A program made the position numbers and the translations under genes. Under the pieces are notes generated by a model. It was not told the origin of the DNA, did not search any database, and saw only the letters and a program-made list of their open reading frames with translations. Of a stretch of 64,000 bases of DNA, positions 35,760 to 45,217 are shown one piece after another; the stretch's first letter is position 1; each line of letters begins with the position of its first letter. Source of the stretch: Corallochytrium limacisporum Hawaii (taxonomy: Eukaryota > Protista > Pluriformea); the NCBI GenBank assembly GCA_002811645.1, contig PDIP01000013.1, forward strand, positions 19,742 through 83,741, given 5' to 3'.

Positions 35760-36626
35760 ATGTACAAAGAGGTAAGTAATGATTTATAGCGGAATCATAC
35801 GCAGAAAGCAGTCGAATGATTCTCAGAGGGAGAGCACTACTTGTAAAACGTGATTTAGCCACAGTGATGTTAAGATTGTAATCAGGGATCTAAAACACTA
35901 TTGATATCAACTTGACATGCACAGGGAATTTGATGGTCACCAAGCAAATAACCACATTCAGGCTCAAACTATTGCTACGGGTGGGATCTCTGACCTCATG
36001 AGAATTATTCTGTTTAGCTATAGATCCGCTGAATACGGTGCACACTGAACCATATCGGATCGGGTTTACTAACTTCAATTATGTTTCTCCGTCTTTTTTT
36101 TATACAGCTGAATCAGTATCAGGTTGTAGGCCGCAGCCGCCCCACGGCAGCCAACCCCAAGCCTTCCCTGTACCGCATGAAGATCTTCGCTCCCAATGAG
36201 CTGGTCGCCAAGTCTCGTTTCTGGTACTTCATCGGTAAGGTCGTAAACCTCAAGAAGGGTACCGGTCAGATCATCGGCGTGAACCAAATCTTCGAAAAGC
36301 ACCCCAACAAGGTCAAGAACTTCGGAATCTGGCTTCGCTACGATTCTCGTACCCAGACCGTGAACATGTACAAGGAGTACCGCGATACCACGGCCTCCGG
36401 TGCTGTCACCCAGGCCTACCTCGAGATGGCTGCCCGTCATCGTGCCCGCAGCTCTGTCATCCAGATCATTAAGGTCGCAGAGATCAAGTCTTCGGAATGC
36501 CGTCGTACCCACATCACTCAGATGCACGACCCCAACATTAAGTTCCCCCTGCCCCACCGTGCTCTGCGCCATCCCAAGTCCCACCGTGGCAAGTACCAGG
36601 CCAAGCGCCCCAGCTCTTTCTACTAA
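35760..36626 (+). CDS. RPL18A: 60S ribosomal protein eL20 (L18a); exon 1 35760-35771 (MYKE), exon 2 36108-36626
   Basis: YQVVGR, RMKIFAPNELVAKSRFWYF, KNFGIWLRYDSR, MYKEYRD, MAARHRAR. A phase-0 GTAAGT...TACTAAC...CAG intron joins ATG TAC AAA GAG to CTG AAT CAG. Confidence 0.96.
35772..36107 (+). other. Spliceosomal intron of RPL18A (336 nt)
   Basis: GAG|GTAAGT donor, TACTAAC at 36067-36073, poly-T tract, TACAG acceptor; restores the reading frame. Confidence 0.92.
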
Positions 36627-37124
36627 GGGTTGTGATATATTCAATGTTTCATTCCTTTTGTCAGGGATACCTACAGCATTTGACCTGGGAAATTCTCGGT
36701 ATCTGGAGCATGATGGTACAGCAGGTTTACTAGTCACCTGTTGACCAAGGATTGTGTACCAAGGGAATCTAGTTGATGGGTCAAGTTCATCATCATTAAC
36801 TTTATACTTGCATCTGCATATCTAACATCTTGACGGCTTCGGGACGTCGCTCACTGGTGCCTTCTTGAGGCATAGTTTCACTCTGTTCTTCATCCATATT
36901 AGCATGAGTACAGAGCTGGTGGATAAAGTTTGGCCTTCCAATTGGGCATGTGTTTACGGGCACGGCGAAGCGCTCAGGGATACGTACTCCCGAATCCTCC
37001 ATGGCATAACGTTTTTATATACTATTATATAACAGAAAAAGCATCTTCTTGATTTTATATGCTGTTCGATCCTACAGTGTGCGTCCGTGCTAATTGTGAT
37101 TGTGTACTTCAGAAGCAGATAGCC

Positions 37125-38009
37125 TCAAATCTTGATCTTCTCCGTGGCTTCATCCAAATTGTTGCTCGGCAAGACATTGAACACCGCACTTCGCGTGCGA
37201 ATATCGGCAGACACTATTGCTCCTACATCTACAAGCGCCTTATCGATACCTTTTGCGAACTTCCGGTATTCTGCATCCCCGGCGGTCGGATCCCGTGGAT
37301 CTTCCAGCCAACGCTTCATCGTGATTCTCACCGCGTGTCCCTTTTTCAAGAACTTGAGGATTTGGCCCAATTTTCGCTGCAGTCCAGCATGATCTATCTT
37401 TGTCGTGAAGTTGACTTCCTTGACTTTCTTGTCTCGTGCTGCAGAAGCCTTGTCGTCAATACTATCTTCAACAAGCTTTCGTGCATGTGCGACTGCCTCC
37501 TTCTTAAACTCAGCAAAGTTCAATGATTTGATCACAATGGCCTTGGGTGGCCACTTTCTTTCATCAACATGCATCAGGACCGCATCCAGATTCATAGCTT
37601 CTGCCTTATCAATACACTCGCGGACAGTAAAACTACCAATGCTATTTCCATCTTGGCCAATGAACCGTGCACTAATGGAGTCTGGTAACTCGATGGTGGC
37701 GTCGTCAAATCCTTCTGGGTCATGTTCTCTCTGTACTTCTAGAATTCGTCTGATGATTTCTTCATTCTTTGGTGGCAGATCCACTTGCATAGCTTGCTGT
37801 TTGAGCTCATCTTCCTTTTGGAAAAATTGAAACTGCTTCCGTGCCCTCATGCCAGCAGATGGAATCTTTTTGTACCTACAGGCCAGCACAGGAATGAATG
37901 CCTGTGCAAATGGCTGCAAACCATGAACAATCCTTTGCTGAGGCGTTCTGATCCCAGGGACAGCTCTGGCCATCCAAACCGCCGATGCGAACACTCTAGT
38001 GCGCAACAT
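37125..38009 (-). CDS. MTIF3: Mitochondrial translation initiation factor IF-3
   Basis: Arg-rich N-terminal presequence, IF3-N (ARFIGQDGNSIG...AEAMNLDAVL) and IF3-C (KVKEVNFTTKIDHAGLQRKLGQILKFLKKGHAVRI). ATG at 38009. Confidence 0.85.
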   Translation of the reverse strand: MLRTRVFASAVWMARAVPGIRTPQQRIVHGLQPFAQAFIPVLACRYKKIPSAGMRARKQFQFFQKEDELKQQAMQVDLPPKNEEIIRRILEVQREHDPEGFDDATIELPDSISARFIGQDGNSIGSFTVRECIDKAEAMNLDAVLMHVDERKWPPKAIVIKSLNFAEFKKEAVAHARKLVEDSIDDKASAARDKKVKEVNFTTKIDHAGLQRKLGQILKFLKKGHAVRITMKRWLEDPRDPTAGDAEYRKFAKGIDKALVDVGAIVSADIRTRSAVFNVLPSNNLDEATEKIKI

Positions 38010-38546
38010 ATCCGGTCCGATGGATTTCACAGTACTACCACGCGTGCTATACCGTTCCGCACTTCCATCTTGACCCCGAACGTGTGACTCACATGCTTCT
38101 CAAAGTGTTGTCATCTATCAGCTCCACGTTACTGCTCCGAGTGCTCAAGTACCTGAAAATCTAAGAGCGTCAATTGTTTGCAAGTGACCCCATACCGACC
38201 CCCACTACAACTGCTGCCGTTGGGGGTTCTCAAAACGAAGTGGGCAAGAAGAGCCGCCCCCGGGGGGGACCCACCCCACGACACTCTTCAGTTTCAGTCA
38301 GTGGCTGGGGCTTGTTATCACTTTCATCGCAAGTCATTCCGTGCCGTTCGATCTTCTCTATGCTTCAACTGTAAATGCATTTAAGGTTTACTCCACACTT
38401 GCCAAAGATTCAAGGTATTTCAGTTTCTGGCAGTTTTGCTGAAATCCTCAACAATGGTAGTCATTTTGTTCTGGTAACTGGCCTTTGGTAGGGTCAATCA
38501 TACCAACCGTATAGTCTGGACTTGCCGCTGACTGTGACCCGCAAAA

Positions 38547-39737
38547 ATGGGTGAACTACGCTCTCTCGATATCTTTCCCAGAGTGATGGAAGACTACGGT
38601 GTCAAAACCAACACTGGAGCTCTTCTGACCATCCTCAGTAGTCTGGTGATCATATACCTTTCCTACGGGGAAGTCACAGACTATCTTGAGTTAGACAGCA
38701 AAACAGAGATTCTCGTAGACCCACAACTAGAAGGTAACCTTGTAATAGGGATAGATATTTCAGTAATGAATTTGCCTTGTGAGTTCCTATCCGTCGATTT
38801 GATGGATGCTACTGGGAAGGTAACACTACACGCCGAGAGGAACCTTAAGCTGGTCACTATCGATGCATCCGGTGAAACCACCAGAGACAAGGGCCATGAG
38901 CATGCGAATGCAAGCAGTAAGCACGTACAGGACATGAAAAGGAAGATCACAGAGGCGGAGAAACTACGGGAACAGGATACCAAGGAAGATGGGACATACT
39001 GCGGGAGATGTCACGCTGCAAAGTCAGATGACCTTTTGTGCTGTAATTCATGTACGGAGGTACACGCCGCTTACGCTGCCCGGGGATTGAGTGTTCCCAA
39101 GCTTGACACCACCTACCAATGCGTCCTGGATGGCGTACTGGAGGATCTTTATCACCTTGGCAACGTTGGGTGCCGCATCATGGGTAAATTGACCGTGCCG
39201 AAGGTCGCGGGAAGCTTCCATATCGCCCCTGGAAATGTTGGCCCGACACGGCATGGACATGCCCACGATCTGAATATTATGATGGGCACATTTTTGAATG
39301 TGACACACACGTTTAATATGCTTACATTCGGCGATAATGTTCCTGGCGTAATGGCAAATGTTCTGGGGGAAACAACCAATGTCAGTGATGATCCAGAGTG
39401 GCTCGATGCATTCTACTATATCCTAAAGGTTGTACAGACAGAGTTTGTCGATGCACAGGGAGATTCCATACACACGAATCAATACTCTGTCACGACACAT
39501 CGATCCAGTAGCCCTGTCGGCATGCCCTTCAGTAAGCTGCCGGGTGTATTCGTGGAGTATGAATTTAGTCCGTTGCATGTGCGCACAACGCAGACAAAAA
39601 AGTCCGTTTCTCGGCTTTTGACCTCCTTATGTGCTATTATTGGAGGAATTTACACTATCGCCAGTCTTATTGATGCCCTATTCTATCATGGACTCAACAC
39701 ATTGTCAGGGAAGCGGCGCATTGGAAAGGCAGCATAA
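38547..39737 (+). CDS. ERGIC3: ER-Golgi intermediate compartment protein ERGIC3/Erv46
   Basis: LRSLDIFPRV, N-terminal TM, CGRCHAA/CCNSCTEV, KVAGSFHIAPG, TNQYSVT, LPGVFVEYEFSP, LTSLCAIIGGIYTIASLID. Confidence 0.93.
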   Translation: MGELRSLDIFPRVMEDYGVKTNTGALLTILSSLVIIYLSYGEVTDYLELDSKTEILVDPQLEGNLVIGIDISVMNLPCEFLSVDLMDATGKVTLHAERNLKLVTIDASGETTRDKGHEHANASSKHVQDMKRKITEAEKLREQDTKEDGTYCGRCHAAKSDDLLCCNSCTEVHAAYAARGLSVPKLDTTYQCVLDGVLEDLYHLGNVGCRIMGKLTVPKVAGSFHIAPGNVGPTRHGHAHDLNIMMGTFLNVTHTFNMLTFGDNVPGVMANVLGETTNVSDDPEWLDAFYYILKVVQTEFVDAQGDSIHTNQYSVTTHRSSSPVGMPFSKLPGVFVEYEFSPLHVRTTQTKKSVSRLLTSLCAIIGGIYTIASLIDALFYHGLNTLSGKRRIGKAA

Positions 39738-39802
39738 AGAGATCCGAAATAGATACGACTATAGAATCTGACCCTTGTATGGTTGAATTATGGATTGATG
39801 AT

Positions 39803-41251
39803 CTATTTCTCGTCTTCATCGCCGCCGTGATCCTCGCCATCGTTGCGCTTCTCGACCTCAAATTGACGCTGATCCAGACCCTCCATGCGATCTCCGAACA
39901 TAGTCTTGACAGCATTCGGCTTCTCCGCGTAGAAATCTACGATCTTCATCTTGCCCTTCGATCCTCCAGCGGCAGCGACAAAGGCCAGGTCAGGACTAAA
40001 ACGACAGTCGTATACTTTGCCGACTGCAGCGTTGTGCTCCAGCACGAACTTGGGCGCGCCGCCCTTGATGTCCCACATCTTCAAAGTCTTGTCAACACTT
40101 CCAGTAACCAAGCATCCCGGAACCAAGTTCGACATTGTCAGACCGGGAATGCCGTCGTTGTGTGCTGCCAGACGGAAGATGGACTCTCCCCCGTTGCGTA
40201 GATCGTGACAAGTAACCACACCGTCACCCGAGCTGACAAGAAGTTCGTGACTATTGGCAGGATTCCAAACCATGGTATCAACATCGGCGCTGGCCTGGAA
40301 GGTGATGCCGGGCTTTCCCTTACTGCGCACGTCCGTAATGTGCACTTTGCGATCAAAGGCTCCGCTCGCAAGCACGGTCACTTCAGCAGGGTTCCATGCG
40401 ATGCTACCGACTTTGTCCTGGTGGTCCCGGTAAATATGTACGCAAGACGCGTTGTTCAAATCCCACAGACGCACCGTACAGTCTGCAGAGCTGGATGCCA
40501 GAACGGTCCGATTGACATTGTTCCAAGAGAGAGCCAGTACAGCGTCAGTGTGGGCATCGTCTGTCGTAGGAACCTCCGTGGCATCCTCTAGATCCATTTC
40601 ATCAGCAACAGCAGCAGCTCCAAGCCGCATGACGGGTTCGAGGGGATCGATCACGTCGAGGTCATAAATATCAATAACTGGAATCATGCTGCCAACCGCA
40701 AGATGACTCACACGGTCTTTCGCCTCCCCTGCTGTGTCAAAGTCGAGCCATTCAACGCACAAAGGCACCGTGCTCAATAGAATGTCGTGGTGAGGATAGC
40801 AATAGCTACCCATTTCGACGAGATGAACTTCAATGCGCTGATGATCCTCATCACAGATAGCGGCGCAAACGAGATTATCCGTGGGACCGACCGTGAGATC
40901 GACAACACTGTCGTCGTCGCTGTCATTGACCACATTGTCGTCGTCCATCATAAGATCACCCATAGTAGGCGCCCCCATGACATCCTCTTCTTCGTCATAC
41001 TTGTCTAATCCGTACTGTTTGATAATGGCAAGGTCTGTCTGCTCAAGTCCGTTATGCTGCATGTCCACATCAGCGTCGTCGGGGACTTGTTCCGCTGTCG
41101 ACTTTTTGTTCTTCGATTTTGTCTTGGGTTTGGTCGGCTCCTCCTGCATAAGATTCTTGAGTTCCTCGTCTTCCAAGCGCACTCGGTCTGGTTGTGATTT
41201 GGCGGCCCCCCTGGGAACCCAGGCAATGCCACTGACTGTTGATGCCGGCAT
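39803..41251 (-). CDS. PWP1: Periodic tryptophan protein 1 (WD40, ribosome biogenesis)
   Basis: AWVPRGAA, YGLDKYDEE, PHHDILL, PLCVEWLD, IDIYDLDVIDPLEP, HTDAVLALSWN, LASSSADCTVRLWDL. Confidence 0.93.
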   Translation of the reverse strand: MPASTVSGIAWVPRGAAKSQPDRVRLEDEELKNLMQEEPTKPKTKSKNKKSTAEQVPDDADVDMQHNGLEQTDLAIIKQYGLDKYDEEEDVMGAPTMGDLMMDDDNVVNDSDDDSVVDLTVGPTDNLVCAAICDEDHQRIEVHLVEMGSYCYPHHDILLSTVPLCVEWLDFDTAGEAKDRVSHLAVGSMIPVIDIYDLDVIDPLEPVMRLGAAAVADEMDLEDATEVPTTDDAHTDAVLALSWNNVNRTVLASSSADCTVRLWDLNNASCVHIYRDHQDKVGSIAWNPAEVTVLASGAFDRKVHITDVRSKGKPGITFQASADVDTMVWNPANSHELLVSSGDGVVTCHDLRNGGESIFRLAAHNDGIPGLTMSNLVPGCLVTGSVDKTLKMWDIKGGAPKFVLEHNAAVGKVYDCRFSPDLAFVAAAGGSKGKMKIVDFYAEKPNAVKTMFGDRMEGLDQRQFEVEKRNDGEDHGGDEDEK

Positions 41252-41423
41252 GCTTTCTTTAAAGGTTGAATATCTTACGTCAACTTATGCATATGGCCCC
41301 CGGCAGATTGATGGGATCTGGATCACATGCTTACATAGCCTTTCTCTTTGACTGGACCATAAGGGACTAGTATGCTCTACACACAGCCCATATAAATGTG
41401 TGCTAGTTTGGGACCCATACCAC

Positions 41424-41524
41424 CTGCAGGGCGGTTAGTCAGGCTGCAAGATCGGGCCCCGCGCGTGTGCCGGAAACCCGCCACTGGTCCGCACCCACCA
41501 CGCGACCCACTCTGAAAGACTTAC
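41424..41524 (-). other. Candidate 5'-UTR intron of PWP1 (101 nt)
   Basis: Minus strand G|GTAAGT donor at 41524, GACTAAC branch (41440-41434), CTGCAG acceptor ending at 41424, 173 nt upstream of the ATG. Confidence 0.65.
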
Positions 41525-42124
41525 CCTTCTCCCTGCTCACACACCCCACGGCCAACCCCCCCCCCCCAACCAAATTCATTTAGCTATTTCGAGGGCTCCA
41601 GTTACTTACATCTTTCTTGAAAACCCACTGTGTGTATCGACTTTCTGATGGAATTTATACCTCGATGGTACCACAGAGGGTGATGGCATGACCGGACAGA
41701 GACAAAAAAATATTCCATATAAATAGTACTAAGAATGACTCGGAAAGGAAGGAAGAATCGGAAGACATAAGTTAAATGACAAGTCAGTGGCTGACGGGAA
41801 TGGAACCGTCCGATGGCTTGCTGTGGTGGCACAAGTACAACGGCGCTGCGAGGGCCGGCAAAGGCTGGGAATCGGTTACGGTGCGCACCCGATCTCTGGG
41901 TAAACTAAACCCGGTGCTTGTCTCCTGAGGAGACACCCGACCAGTTCGGTCAGCTGTGAATAACACCATCGCCACGGAGTGCATGACCATGGCTTGGTCA
42001 TTTCACTGGGATATGGTGCAAGGATCCATGAAGCTGTTGATCAATCTCCAAGGCTGTGCCCGTCGGGTACTTAAGGGACAGGGATTGAGACCCCTGTTGA
42101 GTCGAATATGTACGTATTATTAAG

Positions 42125-42940
42125 ATGATGTTTCCTAGGAGCAGATCGTTGTCACGACTAGCGTACCAGTCTCGGAGCTTATACACTAGTGTAAGACACA
42201 CAATGAAGGTAAACGCAGAGTTTGGAGAAGTTGCCACAGTCAAGTTTGACGAGCAAAAGTACATTCCATCGCCTGCCTTTGGTGTTGATCGGTTTATGCT
42301 CGATCGAGTTGGTGGCGAAAAGGCCCGGGCCACTACCATCGTTCGCTACAAGCCGAACAGCAAGTTTCCGGAGCACACGCACATTGGTGGCGAAGAATTC
42401 CTCGTACTTGAGGGCAAGTTTCATGATCAGTTTGGATCCTTCGGTGAAGGTTACTACGTACGCAATCCAATCGACAGTGTTCACGAACCCTGGGTAGAGG
42501 GCGATGGCTGTACCATCTTTGTAAAGTTGCTGCAGATGGCTGACACTGGTGAAGGCACTGATCCTTTGCACATCGACACAAAGAAGGCCAAGGAGGATGC
42601 TGTAGAAGGCCCCTTGGGCAAGACTTCGATGCTCTACACGAACGAAAAGACAGGGGAGAAGGTCGAGATGCATTGGATTGAGCCCAACACAGAGATTCCA
42701 GTCGATGAAGCTGCAGCAAACGGTGAGGAAGTTCTCGTTGTTGAAGGATCCCTTACAGCAGGTTCTGAATCCGGTGAATACACTAAATGGGGCTGGTTGC
42801 GCTTTCCGGTTGCAAAGGGTGCTCCGGAGGATCGCGAGAAGCTGAACTCAGGCCCAAAGGGCGTCCAGATCTACCGCAAGACCGGTCATCTCACAACGAA
42901 TGCTATGGACATGGAGAAGATCAAAGTCAGTGATGACTAA
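42125..42940 (+). CDS. ChrR-like (cupin_7) double-cupin protein with probable mitochondrial presequence
   Basis: PSPAFGVDRFMLDRVGGEKARATTIVRY, HTHIGGEEFLVLEG, YVRNP..SVHEP, GCTIFVKLLQM. N-terminus is R/S-rich with no acidic residues. Confidence 0.88.
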   Translation: MMFPRSRSLSRLAYQSRSLYTSVRHTMKVNAEFGEVATVKFDEQKYIPSPAFGVDRFMLDRVGGEKARATTIVRYKPNSKFPEHTHIGGEEFLVLEGKFHDQFGSFGEGYYVRNPIDSVHEPWVEGDGCTIFVKLLQMADTGEGTDPLHIDTKKAKEDAVEGPLGKTSMLYTNEKTGEKVEMHWIEPNTEIPVDEAAANGEEVLVVEGSLTAGSESGEYTKWGWLRFPVAKGAPEDREKLNSGPKGVQIYRKTGHLTTNAMDMEKIKVSDD

Positions 42941-43361
42941 AACGAAATAATGTTCGTGTGATGAAAGATTCCGGAAATAAAGAAATCCACCCTTGCCCGC
43001 TTTACTTGCGCTGTGGGTCCCTACTGTTGAATTCTTTAGACCACCGCCTCCCCCCTCTCCTTCCAAGCTCGCGGGGTTTGACAGGGGTCTGCCCATTGGG
43101 CCCCCCAACCCCCCCCCTGGGGAGGGGCGGGTCTCACGGTGTTTACGAAATTGTGGGTGCTCGCGCGGTGCGGATTGGGGTGGTGCGAAGAGTCACTAAA
43201 GCCTACAAACAATATTTTTGCGGCTCAGGTACATTGGACAGGGCTCGGGAGTTGTTCCTGGTGCGACAGACCATCGAAAGTGAACGTTCAAACGTGGATC
43301 TTGAGGAAGGAACTATAGAGCACAGGTCTTCGTGAGGCGTCCCACAGCGGGCTGAAAGACA

Positions 43362-44165
43362 ATGTCCCTAGCACCAAAATTGCGAGTGCGTTTCCTGGGC
43401 TGCGTAAAGTACCATGCAGCTCTTCAATTGCAGATGCGGATGGCCGAAAAATTGGCCACCGATCCAACAGCCGAGAACACAGTACTCCTCCTCGAACACT
43501 ACCCGGTTTACACTGGTGGACGGCGGTTGAAAAAGTCTCCCATGCTAGAATCCGAGGAAGCGCGCCTTACAGGCCTTGGCGCGGACTTCGCAATCCTCTC
43601 TCGCGGTGGAGATATGACATTTCATGGTCCTGGGCAATTGGTTGGTTATCCTATTGTCCGTATCGACGATTTCAAGGAAAAAGTACCCAAGCTCAGTGAC
43701 TACATGCATGCAATAGAGCACGGCACCGCAAAGACATGCTCAGATCTGGGAATCAAGGAGCCCCTAACGACGGACCATGACGCAGCTGGGGTATGGTTGG
43801 ACTATGAAGGAGTTCGAGCACGAAAAATTTGTGCCGTGGGTGTCCATGTTGGAAAGAACAATGTTGCTTCACACGGCTTTGCACTCAACTGCAACACAAA
43901 CTTAGACTGGTTCAACCACATTGTGCCTTGTGGCATTATGAACAAGGGAGTGACATCATTGTCTCAGGAACTGGGATCTAATGTGACAATCATTGATACC
44001 CTAGATGCAGCCATCAACGGACTTGCGGATGCTCTTGGCGTGTCACCGTCGAACATAACCCGGGAGAATTCCCACAAGGATGTGGAATGGGTGACAGTGC
44101 CTGAACGCTTCTACCCGAAAACTCCTTCTCTGCGTGCACAGATGGAACACAAGGGATTGAAATGA
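43362..44165 (+). CDS. LIPT2: Octanoyl-ACP:protein octanoyltransferase LipB
   Basis: LLLEHYPVYTGGRR, RGGDMTFHGPGQLVGYPI, RKICAVGV, SHGFALNCN, IVPCGI. Confidence 0.96.
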   Translation: MSLAPKLRVRFLGCVKYHAALQLQMRMAEKLATDPTAENTVLLLEHYPVYTGGRRLKKSPMLESEEARLTGLGADFAILSRGGDMTFHGPGQLVGYPIVRIDDFKEKVPKLSDYMHAIEHGTAKTCSDLGIKEPLTTDHDAAGVWLDYEGVRARKICAVGVHVGKNNVASHGFALNCNTNLDWFNHIVPCGIMNKGVTSLSQELGSNVTIIDTLDAAINGLADALGVSPSNITRENSHKDVEWVTVPERFYPKTPSLRAQMEHKGLK

Positions 44166-44203
44166 TAATGTACAGAGAAATAGAGATTTAGTAATAGTGT
44201 TTT

Positions 44204-45217
44204 CTACATAAAGTCCACAATCTGACCGACCTTGTGTTCTTCAGCGGCAGCGAGCACAACGCCAGCAGTCACAACGTCTTGAATGGAAGTGCCTTCACAC
44301 TCAAAGAGTGTTGAGGTCAGGCCCTGTGCATAATGCTCATCGCCTATCTGTACCTTTACCTTACCGGACACCACATCTCCAATATTTCCAGCGTACCTGA
44401 CACTCCCAGGTGGTACTTTGAGCAGGTCACCGGCTTTGACATCTGCCATTGATAGAGCATCACTTACGACCAAGCAGGTCTCAACGACATCTTGCCCTAG
44501 CTCTTGCATTTCTGGTTTGAAACTACCAACCGCACAGATATGCGACCCTTTCTTCAACTTGCAGTTGCTAAGAACAGGTGAGTAGGCATTCGTGGCGGTA
44601 ACAATGATATCGGCGCTTCGATATGGCTCAGGGTCCCAACTGATTTGAACCTGCAAAGATTGCTCCAGAGACCGCGCTAAGTCTTCACCTTTTTGCTGGT
44701 TGCGGGTCCAAATCTTCACAAGTTTTAATGATTCCCGATACTTTTCAACCAATAGCTCTATGTGAAGCCTAGCCTGTAGACCACCTCCATACACTGCCAG
44801 GATCTCAGGAGGTGGCTGCTCTGTGCGCATCACCTCACAGCTAACGACACTGCCGGCAGCGGTGCGAATGGCGGTCAGGAAGGTTGCATCTAAAAGACCT
44901 TCGAGTACACCGGTCTCTGAGTTTATCATCTGAATAAATGCGGGTACTATCGGCCTACTGTGTTGCGCATTATCAGGTCTGACACTTGCAGTTTTGGCCC
45001 CAAGGTATGCAGGGGCCTTCCCTGGGTCCTCAGGAACAAATGCCGGTTTGAACAGCGTTGCCGCGCCGTTGTAGTGTGCAGATAAGTTTAAGACGGTTCT
45101 TGGAGGACAAAGTCCATCGTTGACCATGCTTTGGAACGCAGTTCTGGATGCAGACACCCAGTCTACTTTGTCCCTGAGTCGGACGACCTCACTGTCCTTT
45201 AGGATCCTAACTGGCAT
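44204..45217 (-). CDS. Ornithine cyclodeaminase/mu-crystallin (ketimine reductase) family protein
   Basis: PPRTVL, LGAKTASV, LTAIRTAAGS, Rossmann GGGLQAR, ADIIVTAT, HICAVGSFKPEMQEL, IQDVVTA. ATG at 45217. Confidence 0.9.
   Translation of the reverse strand: MPVRILKDSEVVRLRDKVDWVSASRTAFQSMVNDGLCPPRTVLNLSAHYNGAATLFKPAFVPEDPGKAPAYLGAKTASVRPDNAQHSRPIVPAFIQMINSETGVLEGLLDATFLTAIRTAAGSVVSCEVMRTEQPPPEILAVYGGGLQARLHIELLVEKYRESLKLVKIWTRNQQKGEDLARSLEQSLQVQISWDPEPYRSADIIVTATNAYSPVLSNCKLKKGSHICAVGSFKPEMQELGQDVVETCLVVSDALSMADVKAGDLLKVPPGSVRYAGNIGDVVSGKVKVQIGDEHYAQGLTSTLFECEGTSIQDVVTAGVVLAAAEEHKVGQIVDFM

Noticed and set aside
35864-35993. Possible C/D snoRNA in the RPL18A intron (GTGATGT ... CTGA)
   Set aside because: The C box is imperfect, there is no clear terminal stem, and I could not confirm a 10+ nt rRNA complement by eye. 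Left as a test, not a call.
36802-37002. 66-aa minus ORF with ATG and an upstream TA-rich box
   Set aside because: It has no homology, and the TA-rich element is equally explained as the 3'-end signal of the IF3 gene.
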